From NCBI RefSeq assembly GCF_006345805.1, contig NC_043022.1, positions 12,462,001 through 12,526,000 on the forward strand: a DNA stretch of 64,000 nucleotides, read 5' to 3'. This DNA comes from Octopus sinensis (taxonomy: Eukaryota). Positions 27,940-60,742 of the stretch are shown here, in pieces (within the stretch, counting starts at the first letter, position 1; the number at the start of each line of letters is the position of its first letter). Under the pieces are notes generated by a model. It did no database searches. It was not told where the DNA came from and was given only the letters and a program-made list of their open reading frames with translations. Position numbers and translations under genes: made by a program.

Positions 27940-28139
27940 TCAGTAGACGTCATTGATTGGTTGAAATTGCCGAAATGCAAGAAATTAAGCAACAAATAGC
28001 TTACAAACTACAGAATTTTCTCAAGAAAGCCAAGAGAAAAAGATGTTTTATAAACACATTCTACCAGTATACGAAGTTTAAAAGTGTTTAGTTACAAAGA
28101 AATTATCTTAAAAATCTGCCGGTCAAAGTGAAAAGATCC
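27940..28139 (+). mobile_element. Single-arm copy of the foldback element at 30204-30861
   Basis: Matches the right arm (aaacacattctaccagtata.gaagtttaaaa...gaaaagatcc). Confidence 0.7.
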
Positions 28140-30203
28140 CTGATAGGTTTACGAAGTAATTTGGGAGGTAATTGTTTAGGGTACAATTTGCGCCTAAAAA
28201 CTAACCAATCAGAGCAATGGTTATAACTGCTCTTTAAAGCCAAATGTTTTCCACTATGTTCGCATGAAAACTATGAATACAAGGGAGAAAGAAATGTTTT
28301 GTTCCTAAAACTTTTGTCTAACCCATTCTGCTACAGATGTATAAGTAATGAAATACTAAAATTACAATAATCTAGGACTGTTATAACTGCCTCTCCTAAA
28401 AAGGTCTCAAACCCTCTGAAATGGACCTCATACCATGACCATCTCATCTATTACTCAGTTATAATCTACTTGGATTTCTTTATTGAAACTGTAATGATGC
28501 CAGGTTTTAGATGCCATTTTAGGATGTCCATCTGTGCATATGCAATGTTTGGTGTCTTCCGGTAGGCCACCAGAAGTCCCCTGGTGCGCATGCACAGTAA
28601 TCAGGAGCAGTTAGCCTTTCCTGCTATTCCAAGCCTCTTGGCTCTTGGCAATTGATGACTTAAGATATGTCCTGACAAGGCTCCGACTCGAAGGGCAAAC
28701 CAGACTTGAAGGGCGAACCAGACTCCATGGGCGATGAAGACTGTTTTAACCATGGTGATTTAATCCGACTCTGCTGCCTTCCTAATCCAGGCTTTCATGT
28801 TACTGATGATCAGCGATGAAGTATCTCCTTCTGTGAAATAATTAACTATTATTGTTATTTGTTCAGCTATTCGTGTTCCTGCTGTTTTATTCCTTTCTAC
28901 AACATTGTAGGGAAGTGTGTGATGCACCCTACCAGTGCAGATATCATAAAGAGACAGATAACAAAAATCCTACAAATCTGTCCATTTTGTTGTTTTTGTT
29001 GTTGTTTCTGCTGTTTTGTCCCAGGACAGATACGGTGTAACAGTTCTCTCATCAAAAGTGTTCCAGCGAATGAGTGTTCTGTCTTTTATTCAGACATAGA
29101 GTACCCAGGATTATGTTGTGTATGTGTAATTCCTTGTTGTTCCTGTTTGTTTAGCCCTAAGTCAACAGAGCTATGCTTAAAAATGTGCCAGCCATGACCA
29201 TCCTGTCTTTTGTTAAAAGACAGTGTATCCAGCGCTACATCATATAATGTGTAATTCCTTGTTGTTCCTGTTTGTTTAGCCCTTGGTCAACAGAGCTACG
29301 CTTAAAAATGTGCCAGCCATGACCATCCTGTCTTTTGTTAAAAGATAGTGTATCCAGCGCTACATCATATAATGTGTCATTTCTTGTTCTTGTTGTTGTT
29401 ATTGGTAGTGGTGGTGGTAGTGGTGGTAAGCTGGTAGAAACGTTAGCACGCCGGGTGAAATGCTTATCGGTATTTCGTCTGCCGCTACGTTCTGAGTTCA
29501 GATTCCGCCAAAGTCGACTTTGCCTTTCATCCTTTCGGGGTCGATTAAATAAGTACCAGTTACGCACTGGGGTCGATATAATCGATTTAATCAGTTTGTC
29601 TGTCCTTGTTTGTCGCCTTGTGGGTAGTAAAGAAATAGGTATTGTAGTTTGTTTAGCCCCAGGCCAGCTTTTAGCTAATACAGCAATGATCAAAAATGTT
29701 CCAAATATGACCATCCAATCTTTATTCAGACACACTATATCGAGGATTACATTATCAAATGTGTCTTTGCTTATTGTTGTTGCTGTTGTTGTTGTTTAGC
29801 TGGTGATTAACCCTAATCCAGCAGACCGTATGATAAAAGCTCTCCATATATGAACACCCCGTTTGTTACTCAGGTATAAAATATCTAGGGCGACTTTATT
29901 TAATGTGTCCTCCTTATCTGAAGACGGTAAAGTGAGAAGTGAGGGAGGTGTAGCTAAAAGCTAAAGTTTCTAACAGATCGACCGATTCCTTAAAAGATAC
30001 TTCGTTAACTCATATAATGCAAGTATTTTCAAGGTACGTAACTCTATCATGACTAAATGAGAGTGGTGTTTCTTGGAAATAAATTTAATCTTTGAATCTT
30101 TAACGGCCTGTATGAAGTTTAAAACTTTTTGTTTATTCCTTTCTCCTCTACGCTACGGGCGTCGGCACCCGAGTTTGCAGCCGATGCAGCAAGGATGGAG
30201 CCG

Positions 30204-30861
30204 GGATCTTTTCCTTTTGAACGGCAGACAATTTCTAGTTAACTAAACACTTTAAAACTTCGTATACTGGTAGAATGTGTCAAAATAAAACATTTTTTTC
30301 TCTTGGTTTACTTGAGAAAATTGTAATTTGTTTGTTTAACGTAGTTTAATTTTTCGAATTTTAACCAATCCTATGCTCTCTTTTGAGCTAAAATCATTTG
30401 CTGCGTCTAAAACTGAGACAACATCCTGTAACTAACCCTAACCCTAAATTTTTTTTTTCTTCATTGTTAAATTAATTTAATTGTTACGCATGTAAAAAAA
30501 ACTAAAGCAATGGAAAACAAAATAATTCTTTGGTTTTTTTTACACGCGTAACGATTAAATTAATTTAACAATTAAGAAAAGAAAATTAGGGTTAGGGTTA
30601 GGGAGGTTTAGGGTTAGTTACAGGATGTTGTCTCAGTTTTAGACGCAGCAAATGATTTTAGTTGAATGGAGGTAATCAATTGGTTAAAATTGCCGAAATG
30701 CTCGGATTTTCAGACGAAATATCTTACAAACTATAGAATTTTCTCAATAAAACCAAGAGAAAATGATGTTTTATAAACACATTCTACCAGTATATGAAGT
30801 TTAAAACTTTTTAGTTACCTAGAAATTATGTTACAAACTGCCGTTCAAAAGGAAAAGATCC
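30204..30861. mobile_element. 658-bp foldback (long-TIR) DNA element with internal TAACCC/TTAGGG repeats, 8-bp TSD
   Basis: GGATCTTTTCC...GGAAAAGATCC termini; TSD tggagccg at 30196-30203 and 30862-30869; arms ~300 bp. Superfamily not assignable from the sequence alone. Confidence 0.8.
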
Positions 30862-31159
30862 TGGAGCCGACCTACGCCTTCGCTAAGGCGGAGGGAATAA
30901 TAATGATAAAAATAATAACAATAGAGGCCCAAAGTAATATCATGGATAGAATGAAGTTAATATCTTTGCTCTTTGATCTCACCTATACAAAAGAAAAAGG
31001 TCAATACCAAGAAAACCAAGAAAGCAAATGTGAAATATTTTTATACTTTATGATTTTATTTGAATTTCATTTAAGGTACATTTTTTTTAAAAAATCCTTC
31101 TTTTATTTTTGTTTTTTTTTGGTTATTCACATCATCAAGAAAATTAGTTCATGTTTTCC

Positions 31160-31420
31160 GTGACAACCTTATAAATAGAAGAAGAAGAAGACGAAGAAGA
31201 AGAAGGATGTGAAGATAGGAGGAGAAGAAGTAGAAAGAGGCTGAAGAAGAGAGTAATAATAATAATGAGAAGAAGAAGAAGAAAAAGAAGAAGACGAAGA
31301 AGAAAAAGAAGAAGAAGAAGAGAGATGTGAAGATAGGAGGAGAAGAAGTAGAAAGAGGCTGAAGAAGAGAATAATAATAATAATAATAATAATGAGAAGA
31401 AGAAGAAGAAGAAGATACAG
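31160..31420. repeat. (GAA)n/(AAT)n compound repeat with ~130-bp internal duplication
   Basis: Direct inspection. Confidence 0.9.
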
Positions 31421-31739
31421 GATAGTTGAAAAGGTAGAGGTAGAAGACAGAAGAAGAAGGTGGAGGAAGTGTAAAAGGAACACGACATGAAGAGGAAAAA
31501 GCTTTTGTTTAATGTTTCAAAAATAAGAAATATTTTGGGTTACTTTTTTATATGTGTAGACATAAAAGTAGAGTTTATTATTAAATAATGCAAAGTGGCT
31601 TAGAATGGACACATAGCAATAGAATACGACATGAATAGACTTCAGGAGATGAGGGTCGCACAGAAGATCAACAGTAGCAACAGAACAATAGTAATAATGA
31701 TGACAATGTGAATATTTCTTTATCAATAAATATGCTTAC

Positions 31740-31782
<43 letters not shown>

Positions 31783-32060
31783 GTAATAATAATAATAATA
31801 ATGATGATAATAATAATAATAATAGTTTTAAATTTTGGCACAGGGCCAGCTGATTTTTGAGGGGAGGGACAAGTTGATTACATCAAATCCAATACTTTGA
31901 CTGGTACTTATTTTTTTCAACCCCAGAAGGATGAAAGGCAAAGTCAACCTGGTGGAAATTTGAACTCGGGACGTAAAAACAGATGAAATGTCACTAAGCC
32001 TTTTGTCCAGCATGCTAATGGTTCAGCCAGCTTGCCACCTGGATGATGATGATGATGATG

Positions 32061-32125
<65 letters not shown>

Positions 32126-32558
32126 AAATTTTGGCACAAGGCCAGCAGTTTCACAGGAAAGGGTAAGTTGGTTACATTGACCCCAGTGTTCAACTGGTAC
32201 TTATCTTATTGACGTCAAAAAGATGAAAGGCAAAGTCAACCTCAGCTGAATTTGAACTTAGAACGTGACGACAGATGAAACACTGCAATTCATCTCACCC
32301 AGTGTACTGGCAATTCTGCTAGCTCACCACCTTAATAATAATAATAATAATAACAATAACGATTCTTCCTAAGGCCAGCAACTTTGAAGGGAAGGTGCAA
32401 GTCACTACAATTGACTCCAGTACTTGACTGGTACTAGTTTCATTGACATCAAAAGAATGAAAGGCAAAGATGACTTTGGTGAGAGTTGAACTCAGAATGC
32501 ACAGACCCAGAATCAATGCTCCATAGCATTTTATCTGCTTTAATAATAATAATAATAA

Positions 32559-32935
32559 GTAAATATAAAGACCTGCTAATAGAAATTGAAAAAATGTGGC
32601 ATCTCAAGGTGACTACAGTACCAGTGATTGTAGGATCTCTAGGAATGATAAAAAAGGTACTGAAACCTATTTGAAAATGATTCCAGGCTTACCATCCCTA
32701 CAGGAAGTGCAAAAAATCGTATTAACTGGAACGGCTCATGTACTGAGAAGAGCACTATCGCTGTGAAAATAACATCCATCCATGAATTTATTTATTTATT
32801 AATTTTTAAATACATATTTTATCTGTGAATTTGCACGTGTAATCTGGGAATCGATACAATGCCCTTCTCTGCCCTAGGTGTATGGAAAACACTCGGCGAG
32901 AAACGGAAGAAAATTTGAAGAAAGAAGGAAAAAAC

Positions 32936-32937
<2 letters not shown>
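32559..32937 (+). mobile_element. 5'-truncated R4/Dong-like non-LTR retrotransposon (RLE-domain C-terminus + 3' UTR) in (TAA)n
   Basis: KYKDLLIEIEKMWHLKVTTVPVIVGSLGMIKK / IPGLPSLQEVQKIVLTGTAHVLRRALSL* with one frameshift; (TAA)n on both sides. Confidence 0.8.
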
Positions 32938-32972
<35 letters not shown>

Positions 32973-33263
32973 GTTTCGGCAGAAGGTCAGCGATTTCTGG
33001 GAAGTGGTAGGTCAAATACATCAACCCCAGTGTACAGCTTATGTTATTGACCCCAAAAGGATGAAAGGCAAAGTCGACCTCAGAGGAATTTGAACTCTGA
33101 ACATGAAAATGGACATAATGCTGCTTAGCATTTTGCCCAGCATGCTAACGATTCTGCCAGCTCACCACCTTATTGATGATGACAATAATAATAATGATGA
33201 TGATGATGATCCTTTTTACAATAGGCTGTGAACAGTGTATATGCATTAAGTGATACAAAGATG

Positions 33264-33302
<39 letters not shown>

Positions 33303-34320
33303 TATATATACACACACATACATGTGTTTGTGTGTACATGTGCATATTTAACACAAAACAAGAGAGTTTGTAAAATATTTTGTTACATCAGTTTTCCTGT
33401 GTTTCATTAACAAAGAGTGAGTATCAATGACAAACTACATAATTCAATTGCATTGTCAAATCATCAGAAATACATTCACTGGTTCTGCAACAACTGTATC
33501 AAATTAGGTTCAAAGGTTTACTTATATATATATATATATACATTCCATCAAGCTGATTTCATTATCTTCAACTTAGAATGTTGTGTGGCTCCATTTTAGC
33601 CCAGATCGATAAAACACCAATGATAAAAAAATAGAAAAGGTAAAAAGGTGGTCCAGTTGTAACCATCCCATCATTTATTCAGGCTATCTACACTATCCAG
33701 TGTGTCCTTCCTTTACATAAGATAATAGTGCTTGATTTCCAAGAGACTTGATTGCTATTTCTAGCTTATGAAGAAATGTGTAAAAACAAGAGTATATTTT
33801 AATTTAATTGTTTGATTACTTTTATTATCATCAAGAACATGGAATTTGAGAAACAAAAACAAACAAAAATAAAAATGTTGCAAGTGAGAGGTGCCAAGAA
33901 ACTTGACAGAACAAATATATACATTGCTTCATGTATTATTTATATCTTTATATATTTTCATGTAAATATCTTTTGGTAACACATTAAATACAGATGGTAG
34001 AACAGACAAACTTTAATACATTAAACATCATATACCAAGCTAACTCATTACAAAAATGAGTTTTAAAAGAAATGCAATTTCACACCAAAATTCAATGAAA
34101 TTTGTATAAATTTAGCAAATGAAGCTATTGAATATGTTTTCATTTTTCTTTTCTGTCTAAAAAAATCCCAAATTTATATAAAAAATTTGTTATGAAAGAA
34201 TCAAATGAAAAATAGAGGGTTGAGATAAAAGGTAAGAATCTGAGTTTATTTTAAAACTGAGTGATGAGATTGTGATATAACACAGTTAAGATGATAACGT
34301 ATGCTCACACACACTCATAT

Positions 34321-34353
<33 letters not shown>

Positions 34354-34946
34354 CAATTTATGTTCATTCACCGAGAAGCAATAAATTATAGAGTTCAATA
34401 TATAAATGGAGAGTATTCTTAAATACATTATTTCCGAAAGGTTCATAATTTCCAGTACTGTGAGTTTCATGTTTTTGCCCTTCCAGCTGGTAACCTGAGC
34501 TACATATATTTTTTAATGTTGACTGAAGAGGATAGTATTACATAGTGATTATCTTACATAATTACTCGATACATGTGTATTAAATGCAGTCAAAATATCA
34601 ACTTTGGTTTTGTGATTATTCTGAAAATCCTTTCTACTATAGGCACAAGGCCTGAAAATTTCGGAGGAGGAGGAGAAGGCTAGTGAATTTCATCAACTCC
34701 AGTATTCAGTTGGTACTTATTATTTCATTGACCTCAAAAGGATGAGAGGCAAAGTCAGCCATAATCTTTTATATGTATTACATTGTTTCATTACAATCTG
34801 TACAGGCTTATGGCTGTATCATTTGTTTGACAAGATCATGTGATTGAAAATTTCAGCAGTTCATAATTAAACATAAATATTGAGTGATTTTCAACATTTT
34901 AAGTCTTGATAGTGGCTACAACTGATACTGTTAGCACTGGTATATA

Positions 34947-34989
<43 letters not shown>

Positions 34990-35019
34990 TTCATAATTTG
35001 ACACTGAATAATTGGAAGT

Positions 35020-35062
35020 CCACCTGAAGATTGTCGATCAAGACAAGAAACGATTGTAGTGG
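35020..35062 (+). ncRNA. Minimal type I hammerhead ribozyme motif (Penelope-like element remnant)
   Basis: ccac-CTGAAGA-ttgtc-gatcaa-gacaa-GAAA-cgattg-TA-gtgg: all core positions intact, stems I/II/III pair; lies in a ~170-bp segment between (TA)n tracts. Confidence 0.72.
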
Positions 35063-36728
35063 CGGTTTTTTTGACTATTGATTAAAATTTTATGTATTGA
35101 TTAAGTCTTTCCTTGTTTGTTTTGCAAAATAGTGGTTTTGTCTCTAATAATATTTTATATATATATATATATATATATCAGCAGTGGCAACAGCATTTAA
35201 CGTTCTAGTATGGTTTTTACAGCTAGATGTCCTTTGTAAAGTATGTGTATGTCCATATATACCTATATCTGTCTATATATGTATAATATGTATATATACA
35301 GCCAGCCATGTTTTTGTCTGTCTCCTTATCCATTCATCCATACATACATATATACACATATACGTGCTATCCCCTGTGCTGGTTATGCAAATTCATACAC
35401 AATTCAACACTTATCAAATTAGATACCTTCCCAAATGGTATCTGTTAAAGCTGAAATAACACAATCTACAGACTGGTGCCTCTACTTAACCTTGTGGGGC
35501 ATCCGATGAAAAAAAAAACAAATATTGCTAATATAGCTAAGCCAACCACATGACCTGAACTAACCAATGAAAGCCTAAATATTCTTATCAAGAAGTCATT
35601 TCAAATTTCTTTTAAATTATCTTCACTCTGACTCTAAACATCTAATAATATTGACATGCCCTGCACTCACAAAACTTTAAATAATGTGAAACTGAGTCAA
35701 ACTCATTTTATATACATCTATTCATTATATACTTTTATAAGAATAGAGGTGACAGCGACTTTGAAGTTTCAGCTTGCTAGCTTTCATTGAATTGTCTGAT
35801 GAAAGCTTGCAGACTGTCACCCATCTTCTTATCAAAGTGTAACAGATTAATAGATATGTACTCTACAAGAAAGTAGAGAATATAGAGTAATTCTTCAGTT
35901 TACTGTCAAATCGTCTTTATTAGAACTTGACATAAAGATAGACATTGATATATATATACATGTATGTATATACACACACACATACATGCATATATACATA
36001 TGCATGCATACATATGTATATATAATATTTAGACAAACTAAATTATAGAAAACAACTGGAGATTTATACAGGAATATAAACATACATTGCTGTATATACC
36101 TTGAGTTATTCTTCAATCAGCAGGTCTACATAGCATTGTGTGTGTGCACGTGAGAGAGAGAGAGAGAGGAGTGTGTGTTAATGAAGTGATGTAGAGGGCA
36201 ACACATTAATTACACATAATAATAATTACATTCATATATAATAATAATAATAATAATAAGTAATTCTTTCTAATTTTGGTAGAGGGTCAGCAAATAGAAG
36301 AAGAAGAAAATGGGACAAGTTGATTACATTGACCCCAGCACTTGACTGCAACTTTTATTTGATCAACCCTTAAAGTATGAAAAGCAAAGTTGACCTCACC
36401 AGTATTTGAACTCAAAATGTAAAAAGCCAGAGGAAATGCTGCTAAGCAGTTTTGTCATGAGCAAATGATTTTGCCTGTTTACCTTCTTGATTATAATAAT
36501 TGTTTCAAATTTTGGCACAAGGCCAGCAATTTTAGGGAGATCAGGAGCTAGTCAATTTTATTGACTCCAGCTATTGACTTTTTAACTGATACTGCATTTT
36601 ATTGATTCTTTAAGGATGAAAGGCAAAGTTGACCTTGGCAGGATTCAACTCAGAACATAAAGAATTAGAAGAGATGTTGCTATGCATTTTGTACGATGTA
36701 GTAACAATTCTGCCAGCTCATCACCCTA

Positions 36729-36760
<32 letters not shown>

Positions 36761-36762
<2 letters not shown>

Positions 36763-37227
36763 GTTACAAATTTTTACACAAGGGCAGCCATATTTGGTGG
36801 GAGGAGAGAAGTCGATTATATTGACCCCAGTGTGTAACTGATACTTAATTTATCAACCCCCGAAAGGATGAAAGGCAAAGTCGACCTCAGTGGAATTTGA
36901 ACTCAGAATGTAGTGGCAGACAAAATACTGCTAAGCATTTCGCCCAGTGTGCTAATGATTCTGCCAGCTCACTGCCTCCATAATAATAATAATAATAATA
37001 ATAATAATGGTTACAAATTTTTACACAAGGGCAGCCATATTTGGTGGGAGGAGAGAAGTCGATTATATTGACCCCAGTGTGTAACTGATACTTAATTTAT
37101 CAACCCCCGAAAGGATGAAAGGCAAAGTCGACCTCAGTGGAATTTGAACTCAGAATGTAGTGGCAGACAAAATACTGCTAAGCATTTCGCCCAGTGTGCT
37201 AATGATTCTGCCAGCTCACTGCCTCCA
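36761..37227 (-). repeat. Exact tandem duplication of a 220-bp SINE-A copy separated by (AAT)n
   Basis: 36761-36980 and 37008-37227 read identical. Confidence 0.9.
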
Positions 37228-37659
37228 TAATAATAATAATAATAATAAGAAGAATAATAATAATAGTTTGATAGTTGGAAAGAACAGATAGCATGGTACT
37301 GTAGGCTGCAGGTAGCAAGTCCACTACTCGTGCAAGACTCCAGGAGTTCCAACAAAACCTGAGTTAAAATGAAGAATAACAATTGAATGATAATAATAAT
37401 AATAATAATAATAATGTATACAGTGCTCTTGTATACACACTCACACGAATGTACACACACACACAGACATGTATATTAAGATTTACGTTGTGTTAAAATA
37501 TGTTGAAAGTTGCACAAACAGTCCACTGCTGGGGGTGATAGAGTGAGAGAGGTAGAGTCAATTGTGAGAGGTAACACAGACCATTATACAACTAAAGATA
37601 CACAAATCCTCCAGATGTACGAAACTCATGGATGAAGAAGGAAGCAGTGTTGAAACATC

Positions 37660-38323
37660 AACATCAACAGACAACAGATATATAACTCCATCCTATGCTG
37701 CACACCTACTCTATCCAGATATAACTCCACACACACACACACCATCATGTTATACACAAACACCACACAGATATAATTCCACTTACATTACCATACTGTA
37801 CACAAACATCACACAGATATAACTCCTCTTACACTGCCATATTGTGCACAACTCTATACAGGTATAACTCCATCCACCCACATTATCATATTATACACAA
37901 CACCACACAGATATAACTCTCCCCACCATAACAACAACTGTATAGGTGTAGCTCCAGCCACACTACCATTCTGTACAGCAGCTCTACACAGATACAACTC
38001 AGTCCACACACACAACCATACTGTACACAACTCTACATAAACATATGTAGAGTTAACTCCACCTACCACACTACCATAACTCCACCTACCATAACACCAC
38101 CTACCATAACACCACCTACCATAACTCCACCCACCCTCATTGTATCGACACAGATATAGCTCCACCCATACTTTTATACTATACATAACTTTATACAAAC
38201 ATAACTCCACCCATCCACATTACCATATTTTACACACTCTAATACAGATATAACTCCACCCACCTACTCACATTACCATCCAATACATTACTCCACACAA
38301 ATTTAGCATCATCCACTCTCACA

Positions 38324-38340
<17 letters not shown>
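37660..38340. repeat. Degenerate tandem array overlapping the M13 stop codon and 3' UTR
   Basis: Recurrent cagatataactcc and accatactgtaca motifs, about 9 units. Confidence 0.85.
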
Positions 38341-59730
<21,390 letters not shown>

Positions 59731-60072
59731 CTAAAAAGTAAGAGAAAGAGAAGTATTTCAAAAGATTATAAATACAAAAGAAAAGCTAAAATTCACATCA
59801 ACAAACTCCGATGGTTTTTAATACAAGAGGAACTATAAGCATGAGATCCTTAAATATTGATGCATAACATAAGATCTTCTAAGCTTCTATAATTTATAAT
59901 TCACTTTCTCTTTTGTCAGATGTTGAACCAAGGAGAAAGAAAAAATTGGTGGGGATGGTGATAGAAATAGTTCTCATAGTTTCATTTTAAGTACTAACGT
60001 CCACAACTGCCACCTCCACATCTTGTTCCATATATATTCAAGGTCTTCCATCATGAAAAAAAAAAATACATA

Positions 60073-60134
60073 GGTTCCAGCGAGTTTCGAACTCGCGACC
60101 TTCTGCGTGTTAAGCAGATGTGATAACCACTACA
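60073..60134 (-). pseudogene. 5'-truncated tRNA-Val(AAC) copy
   Basis: Minus strand tgtagtggttatcaca-tctgc-ttAACac-gcaga-aggtc-gcgag-ttcgaaa-ctcgc-tggaacc: perfect anticodon and T stems, followed by an oligo-T tract; the 5' acceptor strand is missing. Confidence 0.8.
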
Positions 60135-60274
60135 GCAAATTAATTTGAACTTGAAAATAAGAGTTAATTAGGTGGTACAAATAAAAAGCATTTATACAAA
60201 AAATTAATCCTAAGCTTTCTATAGTTTTATGTTACTGACAATGCTGTGTAGATTTGAAAGAAATTGTATCAATA

Positions 60275-60484
60275 TCTGGTCGAAAATAAACTGATTTAAT
60301 CATTCAGACAAGTTGGGAACACACCTCTAAATTAATAATAATTGGAGCTGTCACAGTAAACATCCTCCATACTTTCAACAGGGCCATTATCAAGAAAGAT
60401 GAACCAAAATAGGTTTTCAAAAATTTTTAGAATGCCCATTATACACCTGTAAAGATATGTTGAAATGGTTCATTTTCGACCAAA
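60275..60484. mobile_element. 210-bp MITE with 17-bp TIR and 8-bp TSD
   Basis: TIR t(c/t)tggtcgaaaat(a/g)aac; TSD tatcaata at 60267-74 and 60485-92. Confidence 0.65.
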
Positions 60485-60708
60485 TATCAATACTCTTTTA
60501 CTTTTTTACTCTTTTACTTGTTTCAGTCATTTGACTGCGGCCATGCTGGAGCACCGCCTTTAATCGAGCAAACTCGACCCCGGGACTTATTTTTTGTAAG
60601 CCCAGTACTTATTCTATCGGTCCCTTTTGCCGAACCGCTAAGTAACGGGGACATAAACACACCAGCATCGGTTGTCAAGCAATGCCAGGGGGACAAACAC
60701 ACACACGC

Positions 60709-60742
<34 letters not shown>

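Noticed and set aside
30433-30617. TAACCC/TTAGGG repeats as a telomere or fusion site
   Set aside because: Only a few units, symmetrically placed inside a TSD-flanked foldback element.
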